The translations under genes and the position numbers were made by a program. This document shows, one piece after another, positions 21,222 to 30,455 of a stretch of 64,000 nucleotides of DNA. This DNA is from Candidatus Magasanikbacteria bacterium CG10_big_fil_rev_8_21_14_0_10_36_32 (lineage in GTDB: Bacteria; Patescibacteriota; Patescibacteriia; Magasanikbacterales; GWA2-37-8), in assembly GCA_002778465.1 (NCBI GenBank), contig PFBV01000003.1, positions 87,736 through 151,735 on the forward strand, written 5' to 3'. The notes beneath the pieces are model-generated. The model was not told where the DNA came from, made no database searches, and worked only from the letters and a program-made list of their open reading frames with translations. Numbering within the stretch: position 1 is the stretch's first letter; every line of letters starts with the position of its first letter.

Positions 21222-22131
21222 ATTTTATAAATTTTTTAACCAATTTTTCCGCGGATTTTAAATCTTTCACCCATTTAATCTTTTTATCTCTCTTAAACCA
21301 TGCCATCTGTTTTTTAGCATACCGCCGAGTATCTCGTTTAATTAGTTCTACTGCTTCAGTCAAAGTTTTTTCTCCACGCAAATAATAACCTGTTTGTTTA
21401 TAACCCAATCCACTCATAGACGGCAACGACCAAGAATATTTTTTAGCCAATTTTTTAACCTCTTTGATTAATCCATCTTTAATTTGCTCGTCCACTCGGA
21501 CATTGATACGCCGATATAAAATTTCGCGCGGAATTCTAATTCCAATTTGCAAAGCATTAAATAATAATGGAAATTTCTTTTGTTGTGCTATGAATGAACC
21601 TTTGCTTTGCAAAAACACTTCCAAAGCACGGATTACCCGGCGCGGATTTTTCAAATCAATTTTTTCTGCCGACAACGGATCAACCTTTTTTAACATTTTT
21701 ACCAAATCCAATAAACTTTTTTTCTCTAATTTTTTACGTAACTTGGCATCTGGTGCCACCGTTGGAATATCCAAATTATCTACAATCGCCCAAATATATA
21801 AACCTGTACCGCCGACAATAATCGGCAATTTTTTTCTTTTTAAAATATCATTTATTTTTTCCATCGCTATTTTTTTAAAATGTGCTAAAGTAAATTCTTC
21901 ATCCGGTTTTACAATATCCATTAAATGGTGGGTAATACCCCGCACCAAATATCCTTTTCGTTTAGCATCACAAGGTTCTTTTGCTGTTCCAATATTCATT
22001 TCTTTATAAACCTGACGCGAATCAGCATTAATAATTTCACCATTAAATTTTTTTGCCAATTTCAAACTCAAAGCTGTCTTTCCTGACGCCGTCGGTCCAA
22101 GTATAATAATAATTTTTGGTAATTTAGACAT
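21220..22131 (-). CDS. miaA: tRNA dimethylallyltransferase
   Basis: GPTASGKT, ADSRQVYKEMNIGTAK, VGGTGLY, TRRYAKKQ.AWF. Confidence 0.96.
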   Translation of the reverse strand: MSKLPKIIIILGPTASGKTALSLKLAKKFNGEIINADSRQVYKEMNIGTAKEPCDAKRKGYLVRGITHHLMDIVKPDEEFTLAHFKKIAMEKINDILKRKKLPIIVGGTGLYIWAIVDNLDIPTVAPDAKLRKKLEKKSLLDLVKMLKKVDPLSAEKIDLKNPRRVIRALEVFLQSKGSFIAQQKKFPLLFNALQIGIRIPREILYRRINVRVDEQIKDGLIKEVKKLAKKYSWSLPSMSGLGYKQTGYYLRGEKTLTEAVELIKRDTRRYAKKQMAWFKRDKKIKWVKDLKSAEKLVKKFIK

Positions 22132-22174
22132 AGATTAAGCCAATTCATAATATATGAAATTATGACAAGAGTCA

Positions 22175-22203
22175 AAAATAAAAACCCCGCAATAGCACGG
22201 GGT
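22175..22203 (-). terminator. Intrinsic terminator preceded by boxA-like GTTCATTGA (22203-22211)
   Basis: Minus strand ACCCCGTG-CTAT-TGCGGGGT-TTTTATTTTT. Confidence 0.75.
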
Positions 22204-22226
22204 CAATGAACTTTTACTTAAATTGG

Positions 22227-22532
22227 CTAATCGCCACGATGAATACTGATTAAAACTTCCGGTGTGCCATGACAATTTTTATGAACAATTCCGCTCATAC
22301 CACACCAAATAGCGATATTATCGGGATTATCGGTCTTCAACTTATATTCTCTATACTCATGCGGTTGCCACACCCAGATACGCTTTTCGCAAAGACGACA
22401 AGAAGTGACCGCCGGCCAAAGATGAATATTTTGGTCATGATGCATAAAAATTAAATTTATGACCAAAACCATAATAAATATTGCCAATGCAGCAATAGGG
22501 ACAAACACGAATATTGCAAGCAAAAATTCCAT
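22227..22532 (-). CDS. Small hypothetical membrane protein with CxxC and HxxC motifs
   Basis: N-terminal TM, CRLC...HKNC; SD AAGGAG upstream; own promoter and terminator. Confidence 0.65.
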   Translation of the reverse strand: MEFLLAIFVFVPIAALAIFIMVLVINLIFMHHDQNIHLWPAVTSCRLCEKRIWVWQPHEYREYKLKTDNPDNIAIWCGMSGIVHKNCHGTPEVLISIHRGD

Positions 22533-22596
22533 TTTTTTCTCCTTTTTAGAGATATGGTCAAACCACTTTGTTAAAAAGAACCTTTTTATATATATC

Positions 22597-23937
22597 TTAT
22601 TTTGACGATTTTGTCAAACATCCTTTTAATAACCATAAATCCGGCTGAGTAATTTTTACTTTAACTATTTTATTGATTAAATCCGGCTGGCCAAAAAATT
22701 GAACCAATTTCATTTCACGTGAATTGCCGGAACAAATACCTTTGTCGCATTTTTCAACCATTACTTCAACAATTTTATTCAAATATTTTTGATTTTTTCT
22801 AAAAGTTATTTTTTCCATCAATTCTTGCAATTCGTGCCAGCGACGCTTTTTTTCAATTTGTGAAACACTATCTTTAAAATCTAAAACACCTGCTTTGGCG
22901 GCTTTAACGGCTGCGGTACCGCTGCGCTCGGAATAAATCGCCGTATAAGCAATGTCAAAATCACATTTTTTATAAAAATCAAGAGTATTCTTAAATTGTT
23001 TTTTTGTTTCACCGCAAAAACCAACTATTAAATCCGTACCTAAAGCAATATCCGGCTTGGCAACGCGAATTTTTTTAATCAATTCAATATATTGCTCTCG
23101 TGTATATTTACGATTCATTTTTCTTAAAATATTATTATCCCCACTTTGTGCTGGCAAATGTAAATAATTCAACTGATTAGATAACTTTAATGCCTTAATT
23201 TGCGCAAAATTAAAATACTGTGGATCAGAAGCAGTAAAATTAATGCGCTCAATTTTTTTTATTTGATTTAATTCCCATAACAAAGCGGCAAAATCATCTT
23301 TTGTTTTAAACGGATTTTTTAAGTTGAATTTTTTTCCGTCTGGTGCAATATAATGATTTACCACTTGTCCAAGTAAAGTTATTTCTTTACAGCCGTTTTT
23401 TGCTAATTTCTTAACCTCCTTTAAAATATCTTTGACCGAACGATTACGTTCCCGCCCACGGGAATACGGCACAACGCAATAAGCACAAAAATTATTACAG
23501 CCTGTTTGTATTGTTACAAAAGCCTGTGCTGATTTTTTTTGTAATGGAGAAATTGATAAATAATCTTTTTGTATTTTAAAATTCAATTCACCCAACCATT
23601 TGGGTAACACCGGTAATTCATCAATGGCAAACCATAAATCTACTCCTTTTATTTTTCTTTTAATTATACCGTCTTCATCTCGTCCGGGCATACATCCTGT
23701 TACGGCAATAATCAAATTTTTATTTTTTTGACGATACCGTTGCCAATTTTTTATTAAACCAAAAGTTTTATCCTCAGAAGCTTGCCGCACACTACAAGTG
23801 TTTAAAATAATAATATCAGCCTGAGTCGGATGTTCGGTCATCTTATAATTTAAAGAATTTAAAAGACCGGCAATCCTTTCTGAATCGCTTTTATTCATCT
23901 GACAACCCAAAGTAACAAGGTGATATTTTTTAATCAT
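22597..23937 (-). CDS. miaB: tRNA-2-methylthio-N6-dimethylallyladenosine synthase (radical SAM)
   Basis: TLGCQMNKSDSE, NTCSVR, GCNNFCAYCVVPYSRGRE, C-terminal TRAM domain. Confidence 0.93.
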   Translation of the reverse strand: MIKKYHLVTLGCQMNKSDSERIAGLLNSLNYKMTEHPTQADIIILNTCSVRQASEDKTFGLIKNWQRYRQKNKNLIIAVTGCMPGRDEDGIIKRKIKGVDLWFAIDELPVLPKWLGELNFKIQKDYLSISPLQKKSAQAFVTIQTGCNNFCAYCVVPYSRGRERNRSVKDILKEVKKLAKNGCKEITLLGQVVNHYIAPDGKKFNLKNPFKTKDDFAALLWELNQIKKIERINFTASDPQYFNFAQIKALKLSNQLNYLHLPAQSGDNNILRKMNRKYTREQYIELIKKIRVAKPDIALGTDLIVGFCGETKKQFKNTLDFYKKCDFDIAYTAIYSERSGTAAVKAAKAGVLDFKDSVSQIEKKRRWHELQELMEKITFRKNQKYLNKIVEVMVEKCDKGICSGNSREMKLVQFFGQPDLINKIVKVKITQPDLWLLKGCLTKSSK

Positions 23938-24000
23938 AGTTTACGTTTCATTCTAATCATTTTTTGTTAATTTGACAACCCCCCTTATCAATTATAAAAG

Positions 24001-24026
24001 AAAAACCCTCAGCGGTTGCTGAGGGT
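24001..24026 (-). terminator. Intrinsic terminator preceded by boxA-like TGTTCTTTT (24039-24047)
   Basis: Minus strand ACCCTCAGC-AACC-GCTGAGGGT-TTTT. Confidence 0.85.
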
Positions 24027-24048
24027 CTAAAGGGCGAGAAAAGAACAA

Positions 24049-24711
24049 TTACGGCTGCTTGATACAGTCATAAACAGCGCAGAAGGCTTTAATGTCCAAC
24101 TTAGTCAAAAAAGGCGAGGTCTGACCGGCAACATCTTTCGGCGAACCTTCCGGATACATCACTGGCGGTTCATCGTTTGAATTCAAAAAATTAATATGCT
24201 GAAGCGCAATCCAGTGACCGAATTCGTGAACGACTACGTAATACAGAAAATGGAGATATTCAGCTTGTGTTCTGCTTTCATCATCAACCGAAGGCGCGAT
24301 GCTGAAATCAAAGAGTAGAATATCTTCCTGCACGCCAAAGCCGAGAATGGAAGCATCCGTACCTTCATACTTTCCTGTAATGTAGGTTGAATAGAGGTAG
24401 TCGTACCACTCGTCCCGCTCATCCACGTTGTAGACGACATTGTTGCCGTCATCCAGATTTTCCATCGGGGAAAAACCGTCCTTGGCGTAGCGTCCTCGGT
24501 AGATGATGATGTCGTAACCGAGATATTCACGACCAATCTGATTCCATTCCTCCGCCGCGTTCAGAATAGCTTGCTCTTGCGCTTCGGAAAAAGTATCGTC
24601 AATCATGAAATCTTTTGGAAGATCTTCAGCCAACATCTGACAAGAGGACAGGCTGATAAGGAGGCAGGCGGAAACGAACAGAATTACCAGACGCGAGAAA
24701 AACCGATCCAT
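24049..24711 (-). CDS. Putative lipoprotein, matrixin/metzincin zinc metalloprotease
   Basis: Lipobox-like LSSC; HEFGHWIALQH (HExxHxxxxxH) and Met-turn PVMYP; SD AAAGGAGG inside the upstream gene. Confidence 0.8.
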   Translation of the reverse strand: MDRFFSRLVILFVSACLLISLSSCQMLAEDLPKDFMIDDTFSEAQEQAILNAAEEWNQIGREYLGYDIIIYRGRYAKDGFSPMENLDDGNNVVYNVDERDEWYDYLYSTYITGKYEGTDASILGFGVQEDILLFDFSIAPSVDDESRTQAEYLHFLYYVVVHEFGHWIALQHINFLNSNDEPPVMYPEGSPKDVAGQTSPFLTKLDIKAFCAVYDCIKQP

Positions 24712-25277
24712 ATCTGACCTCCTTTCAATGCTTCATCGTACATTGGACGAGCGAAATCACCGTAATGCCTAAACGTAGTAATCGGCGGTGGCATAAAAAC
24801 TCTCCAATCCAATGTCATAGACACTGTCTTGGTCAGCTTTACTTCAGCACCTACTCCGAAGACTATGTCAATCTTCCGCTCCAAACGGGCAACGGAAACA
24901 GGCACAGTGAGGTTGCCGAACATCCCGAAATCGCCGATGTGCAGACGCACCCGATCGGTATGGACAATATCCAAACCGAGAGCGACTCCGACTCCGTAGG
25001 GAAATACCGCGCTGACTTCCAGAACGAGGGGGGTGTACTTGGGCAGGCGGAAACGGACGGCGACATGACCGGTGAAAGAAGCGGTGCTGGAAGCGCCGTA
25101 CAGACTATCATACGCTTCCATCCACGGCGCGCCTCCGAGGCCGAGATTGAACTGGCACTCGAAGGTCTCCTGACCGGACACTTCGCTTTCAGAACCATCA
25201 TCTGCTGTTGCGACGGTGGCTAGCGCCATTCCGAAGCAAACGACCGCAACCATCAAAAACACCTTATACATCTTCAT
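24684..25277 (-). CDS. Predicted outer-membrane-type beta-barrel protein
   Basis: Signal peptide, alternating amphipathic strands (GHVAVRFR, GVGVALGLDI, FGVGAEVKLTKTVSMTLDWR), C-terminal aromatic residue (IWIGFSRVW); GC-rich. Confidence 0.65.
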   Translation of the reverse strand: MKMYKVFLMVAVVCFGMALATVATADDGSESEVSGQETFECQFNLGLGGAPWMEAYDSLYGASSTASFTGHVAVRFRLPKYTPLVLEVSAVFPYGVGVALGLDIVHTDRVRLHIGDFGMFGNLTVPVSVARLERKIDIVFGVGAEVKLTKTVSMTLDWRVFMPPPITTFRHYGDFARPMYDEALKGGQIWIGFSRVW

Positions 25278-25418
25278 TTTTTAACTCCTTCTGTGTGTAC
25301 CTATTCATTTTAATGAACAGGTTTTGGTTTTCAAAGAACAGATTATTGTAAGCGAAACTTGAAATTACGGCGTTGCTCCTATAAAGAAAACGTAGTTTTC
25401 CTTTATTCGCAACTTTTA

Positions 25419-25447
25419 ATTATAGCACATTTTGATGGTTTTGTCAA
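25419..25447 (-). promoter_or_regulatory. sigma70 promoter of the beta-barrel/metzincin cassette
   Basis: Minus strand TTGACA-17 nt-TATAAT, followed by a hairpin and two boxA-like motifs (25328-25340, 25308-25319). Confidence 0.8.
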
Positions 25448-25481
25448 TAGATTAATTTGGCTAAAATAAGCTAAATTTAAT

Positions 25482-25515
25482 ATTTTAAAAAGCCCAAATT
25501 TGGGCTTTTTAAAAT
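25482..25515. terminator. Perfect 34-bp palindrome; thrS terminator
   Basis: ATTTTAAAAAGCCCAAA|TTTGGGCTTTTTAAAAT. Confidence 0.75.
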
Positions 25516-25546
25516 TTACTTAATCTGTTTATTTTTTAATCTATGT

Positions 25547-27325
25547 TCATTTTCTTTCTTTAATTTCCTCTAAAACTCTATCTGTGAAATCGGATTGCGA
25601 TATTTTTTCCTGTTTTTCCTGCCCTCTGATTCTAATCATCCAATCTTCACCGGCTAACTCTTTATCACCCACTACCACAATGTAAGGAATTTTTTTTGCC
25701 ACCGCTTTACGAACACGATTACCCAAAGTCTCGTTAGCCGCATCCATTTCCACCCGGATACCGGCATTAAGCATATTTTTATTTATTTTCTCCGCACCAA
25801 CCGCATGTTTTTCTGAAACCGGAATTAACATAACTTGAACCGGTGACAACCAAACCGGAAACGCGCCGGCATAATGTTCAATCAAAATGCCAAAAAATCT
25901 TTCCATAGAACCATAGATTACTCTATGTATCATTACGGGGCGCTTCTCCTGTCCACTATCATCAACGTAAGTTAAATTAAATCTCTCGGGTAAATTCATA
26001 TCCAATTGAATTGTGCCGCATTGCCATGTTCGTCCAATAGCATCCTGAATATGAAAATCAATCTTCGGACCATAAAATGCTCCATCACCCTCATTAATTT
26101 TATATTCTTTACCAAATTCATCTAAGGCGCCTTTCAAACCAGCCGTCGCCAGTTCCCACGCTTCATCCGTACCAATTGATTTTTTCGGCCGAGTGGATAA
26201 TTCCAGCCGATAAGTTAAGCCAAATTTAGTATAAATTTCCTCAGCCAAACGAATCACGCCAATAATTTCTTCTTTAATCTGATCAGTTCGCATAAAAATA
26301 TGGGCATCATCTTGATGAAAACAACGTACTCTAAACAAACCGGATAAAGTGCCTGACAATTCATGCCTATGAACTAAACCGATTTCTCCCCAACGCAGCG
26401 GTAATTCGCGATAGGAATGAATCTCTTCTTTATAAACCAACATACCGCCCGGACAATTCATTGGCTTAATCGCATATTCCATTTCATCAATTTTAGTTTC
26501 ATACATATTTTCCCTATAATTTTCCCAATGTCCGGATGTCTCCCAAAGTTTGCGATTAAGCATAATCGGAGTTTTAACTTCGTCATATCCCGCTTGAACA
26601 TGCGTCTTGTGCCAATAATTCAACAACTCATTCCAAATTATCATTCCTTTGGGCTTAAAAAAAGCAAAACCCGGCCCCTCATCATGAAAACTGAATAATT
26701 CCAATTCCTTGCCCAATTTCCTATGATCTCTTTTCTCCGCTTCAGCCAACATTTTCAGATATTCATCCAATTCGGCTTGCGATTCAAAACAAACACCGTA
26801 AATTCTTTGCAGTTGCGGATTATCACTTTTTCCACGCCAATAAGCGCCGGCTAATTTTGTTAATTTAAAAGCGCCGATTTCTTGAACTGATTCTAAATGC
26901 GGCCCACGACACAAATCAACAAACTCTCCAGTGCGGTAAATTGTCACCTTGTCCAATGAACCAGCTAAATCTTTCATTTCTTCTTCTTCTTTTTCTTTAA
27001 CCTTGGTCGTGCCTTTCTTTTTTAAATCTTTCAACAATTCAACTTTGTAGTCTTGTCCAATTTTTTTGAAAAACTTAACTGCTTCATCTAATTTCATTTC
27101 TTCACATTCAAATTTCACACCTTTTTTCATTAATCCTTTGGCTCTAGCTTCTATTTTTGCCAAATCCGCTTCGCCTATCGGTTTAGAAAAATCTATATCA
27201 TAGTAAAAACCATTTTCCACCGTTGGTCCAATTCCAAATTTTGCATCAGGATATAATTCCTGAACCGCCGCCGCCACCAAATGTGCGCAACTATGCCGCA
27301 TCATTTCTATGTTTACCTTAGACAT
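25547..27325 (-). CDS. thrS: Threonyl-tRNA synthetase
   Basis: RHSCAHL, DLCRGPH, RDHRKLGKEL, KPMNCP, GAFYGPKID, ERFFGILIEHYAG. Confidence 0.98.
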   Translation of the reverse strand: MSKVNIEMMRHSCAHLVAAAVQELYPDAKFGIGPTVENGFYYDIDFSKPIGEADLAKIEARAKGLMKKGVKFECEEMKLDEAVKFFKKIGQDYKVELLKDLKKKGTTKVKEKEEEEMKDLAGSLDKVTIYRTGEFVDLCRGPHLESVQEIGAFKLTKLAGAYWRGKSDNPQLQRIYGVCFESQAELDEYLKMLAEAEKRDHRKLGKELELFSFHDEGPGFAFFKPKGMIIWNELLNYWHKTHVQAGYDEVKTPIMLNRKLWETSGHWENYRENMYETKIDEMEYAIKPMNCPGGMLVYKEEIHSYRELPLRWGEIGLVHRHELSGTLSGLFRVRCFHQDDAHIFMRTDQIKEEIIGVIRLAEEIYTKFGLTYRLELSTRPKKSIGTDEAWELATAGLKGALDEFGKEYKINEGDGAFYGPKIDFHIQDAIGRTWQCGTIQLDMNLPERFNLTYVDDSGQEKRPVMIHRVIYGSMERFFGILIEHYAGAFPVWLSPVQVMLIPVSEKHAVGAEKINKNMLNAGIRVEMDAANETLGNRVRKAVAKKIPYIVVVGDKELAGEDWMIRIRGQEKQEKISQSDFTDRVLEEIKERK

Positions 27326-27359
27326 ATAATTATTATGAAATTATTAATAATTAATTAAA

Positions 27360-27545
27360 AAAATAAAAACCGATATCTAAATAGATATCGGGGTCCTTTC
27401 TTCCGGTAAGCTTAGACAGCTTGCCGGGCCGAAGCTCCAAAGGAGCGAAGGACGGTTCCACCCGAATTTTTTACTCATAAATTTGTATAATACTCCGAGA
27501 GTGGTACCATGCCTTTTTGGCTGGGCTGGTTCTCGTACAATCGTA
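27360..27545 (-). promoter_or_regulatory. T-box riboswitch (Thr) leader of thrS
   Basis: Minus strand: short stem I with ACC specifier, T-box TCGGG-TGGAACC-GTCCTT pairing with AAGGAC-CCCGA, overlapping terminator CCGATATCTA-TT-TAGATATCGG-TTTTT; promoter TTGACA-17-TATAAT at about 27555-27583. Confidence 0.82.
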
Positions 27546-27745
27546 TCTTTTTTAATTATAATTTTTTCTAAAACAAATGTCAATACCTTTTTCAATTAAT
27601 TAAAATTTAAATTAATTCAATAAAAAAAGTAAAAAATAATGTGGATAACTGTTTTTTCTTTTTACTTGGTCAAAAACAGCCATTTGTGATATAATATAGT
27701 ATAGACGAGATAAAAATAAAAAGTAATAATTCACTAATTTAATCT

Positions 27746-28708
27746 ATGTCAGAGCCCACTTATCGCCAGGCGTTATTTCAGGCTTGGCGTTTGGTTTGGC
27801 ACAATAAAATCTTGTGGATTTTTGGTCTTTTATCCATGTTATTCGCCGGTTCTTTTGGCGCGGATAATTTTATTGGAAAATTACTGACCGCCCTATCCGA
27901 TGGAAAAGCCACTTTTTTGGCAAATTTTAAACTACGTTCTTTCCTAAATTTCACTCCAATTAATGCTATTGGTTTGGTTTGGTTGGCTGGTATTATGATA
28001 GCGATTGGTTTATTTATTATTTTTGTATCTATTTGTTCGCGCGCTTCCCTATTAATCGCCACTGCTGAATTCTATCGCCATAAAATAATCCCAAAATTTT
28101 CTTTGATTTGGCACAGTAGTATAAAATATTTTTGGCAAATTTTATCAATTGAAATGATAAAAAAAATTTTATTGATAACAATCCTCATAATTTTTACCGC
28201 CATCTGGCAACAACTTCCTAATTTAAATTCTTTATGGCAAACTCCGCTGGCTTTTCTAATTCTGGGTGTAATAATTTGTCTGTCTTTAATAATTATTTCA
28301 GTGGCAATTTATGCTTCCGGATATGCGGTTATTGATAAAAAATCTTTACTCACCAGCATAACCAGCGGTTGGAAATTATTTAGACGCCATATTTTAGTAT
28401 CGTTAGAAATCAGTTTAATTTTATTATTGATTGATTTATTAGTTTTGTTTTTACTCTTAGGAGTTTTCTCTGTTGCTTTCGTCCCCTCTTTGCTTATTTG
28501 GATAGTAGCGGCCACTGTGGGCAATTATGTCATGGCCACTATTGGATTTTTGCTTGGTTTATTTATTTTAGTAATTTTAATTGCTTTTGTCGGCGCGATC
28601 TATAATACTTTCACCACTAGCGTGTGGATGTATATGTTTATGAAAATGCACCATGAAAATATCTTCAGCCGAATATTTCATCATGTGGGCAATTTTTTCA
28701 AGAAATAA
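27746..28708 (+). CDS. Multi-pass membrane protein
   Basis: About 7 hydrophobic segments; AWRLVWHNKILWIFG start. Confidence 0.7.
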   Translation: MSEPTYRQALFQAWRLVWHNKILWIFGLLSMLFAGSFGADNFIGKLLTALSDGKATFLANFKLRSFLNFTPINAIGLVWLAGIMIAIGLFIIFVSICSRASLLIATAEFYRHKIIPKFSLIWHSSIKYFWQILSIEMIKKILLITILIIFTAIWQQLPNLNSLWQTPLAFLILGVIICLSLIIISVAIYASGYAVIDKKSLLTSITSGWKLFRRHILVSLEISLILLLIDLLVLFLLLGVFSVAFVPSLLIWIVAATVGNYVMATIGFLLGLFILVILIAFVGAIYNTFTTSVWMYMFMKMHHENIFSRIFHHVGNFFKK

Positions 28709-28711
28709 ATT

Positions 28712-30427
28712 ATGACGGATTTTCCTTCAATAAAAGATTTGATATCCAAATCAAACGACAACAATAAAAAACCTGCCGGGCAAAAAACAGCACCGGAAAA
28801 ATTTGCGTCTAAAATGCATGAAATGGATTTAAAAGCCAAAGAAGAACAAGTTGAAGCCAAGGCTGCCAGTGCCAATATCCCCTATATAAACTTAACTAAT
28901 TTTCCTGTATCATCAGAAGCCTTACGTATAATTCCAGAAACTGAAGCGCGAGGAAAAAACATAGTTTGTTTTCATGCCACACCAGAAGAAATTAGAATCG
29001 GCAGTTTAGAAATTTCTCCTGAAATCAAAGAATATGCCTATCAACTTGGCGAACGGCATCATGCACACATTGAGATTTATTTAATCACAAAAAATAGTCT
29101 TGACACTATTTTAAAACTCTATGCCACCTTACCTGTTATTCTCCCAATTACTAAAGATATCAATATTACCGACGAGGAACTAAATAAATTTCAATCAAAT
29201 ATTGATAACTTATTTTCAATCCAAGAACATTTTAAAAATGTTTCCATTACCGATATTTTAACTTTAATGATAGCAGCCGCTTTAAAAATCAACGCCTCTG
29301 ATATCCATGTGGAAGCAGAAGAAAAAGGCATCGCGGTCCGTTACCGTATTGACGGTATTCTGCATGAAGTGGCGGAATTACCTAAAGATCAGTGGAAAAG
29401 ATTTGTTTCACGCATTAAATTATTAGCCGCCTTGAAAATAAATGTCACCGACAAACCTCAAGACGGACGTGTTACTTTGCGATTATCTTCCAACAGCTTG
29501 GATATTCGTGTTTCCACTATGCCCACCACCTACGGAGAAAGTATTGTGATGAGAATTTTACATAGCGGTTCTAAAGGTGTTACCTACGATGAATTGGGAT
29601 TACGCGGCGATGCTTATCTCAGATTAAAGAAAGAAATTGAACGACCGAATGGAATGATTATTACTACTGGTCCTACAGGTTCGGGTAAAACCACCACTCT
29701 ATATGCTATTTTAAGAACAATAAATAAACCTGGTGTAAAAATCATCACGTTAGAAGATCCGATTGAAATTAAAATGGAAGGAATTAATCAGAGTCAAGTG
29801 GACCCATCGCATGATTACACTTTTGCCAAAGGTTTGCGCAGTATTCTCCGTCAAGATCCTGACATTTGTATGGTTGGAGAAATTCGTGATTTAGAAACAG
29901 CTGAAATAGCAATTCAAGCGGCTTTAACCGGACATTTAATGCTTTCAACTATTCATACTAATAGTGCTTCAGGCGCCATCCCACGATTCCTTTCTATGGG
30001 TGTGAAACCATTTTTACTCGCTCCGGCAGTAAATGCTATTATTGGACAACGTTTGGTTAGACGTATTTGTGAAAAATGCATTGTGGAAATGGAATTAACC
30101 ACGGAACAAAAAGAACGGGTAAATAATATTTTTTCTACCATGCCTGAAACTGAAAGAAATAAAATTGATCTAAATAATTTAAAATTTTATAAAGGTGCCG
30201 GTTGTCCAGAATGTAGCGGATTGGGTTATAAAGGCCGCATTGGTATTTATGAAATTTTTGCCATGAACAAAGAAATAGAAAACATTATTTTAAGTGGCCA
30301 AGTTTCTGAATATGTCATACAAGAAATCGCCGTTAAAAATGGAATGGTTACTATGATTCAGGATGGTTTATTAAAAGCTTTGGATAAAATTACCACCATT
30401 GATGAAGTTTTTCGAGTAGCTGATTAA
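28712..30427 (+). CDS. GspE/PilB-family assembly ATPase
   Basis: ASDIHVE, PQDGR, GPTGSGKTTTLY, LEDPIE, LRQDPD..MVGEIRD, TGHLMLSTIHTN, CxxC zinc motifs. Confidence 0.93.
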   Translation: MTDFPSIKDLISKSNDNNKKPAGQKTAPEKFASKMHEMDLKAKEEQVEAKAASANIPYINLTNFPVSSEALRIIPETEARGKNIVCFHATPEEIRIGSLEISPEIKEYAYQLGERHHAHIEIYLITKNSLDTILKLYATLPVILPITKDINITDEELNKFQSNIDNLFSIQEHFKNVSITDILTLMIAAALKINASDIHVEAEEKGIAVRYRIDGILHEVAELPKDQWKRFVSRIKLLAALKINVTDKPQDGRVTLRLSSNSLDIRVSTMPTTYGESIVMRILHSGSKGVTYDELGLRGDAYLRLKKEIERPNGMIITTGPTGSGKTTTLYAILRTINKPGVKIITLEDPIEIKMEGINQSQVDPSHDYTFAKGLRSILRQDPDICMVGEIRDLETAEIAIQAALTGHLMLSTIHTNSASGAIPRFLSMGVKPFLLAPAVNAIIGQRLVRRICEKCIVEMELTTEQKERVNNIFSTMPETERNKIDLNNLKFYKGAGCPECSGLGYKGRIGIYEIFAMNKEIENIILSGQVSEYVIQEIAVKNGMVTMIQDGLLKALDKITTIDEVFRVAD

Positions 30428-30455
30428 TTTTAATAATTTTTTTAAATTTTTTAAT

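Noticed and set aside
21464-22009. 181-aa ORF antisense to miaA, and similar antisense ORFs over rpsA, pheT and clpC
   Set aside because: Shadow frames of well-supported genes with no recognisable motifs
24234-25223. Overlapping alternative ORFs (24234-24536, 24765-25223, 24863-25201)
   Set aside because: Expected shadow ORFs in GC-rich DNA; no SD and no motifs
25547-25549. Possible TGA recoding (genetic code 25) as in some CPR lineages
   Set aside because: thrS and other genes end at TGA at the expected length, and long ORFs are intact under code 11
27377-27595. 72-aa minus-strand ORF upstream of thrS
   Set aside because: It spans the promoter and T-box leader; the RNA structure explains the sequence
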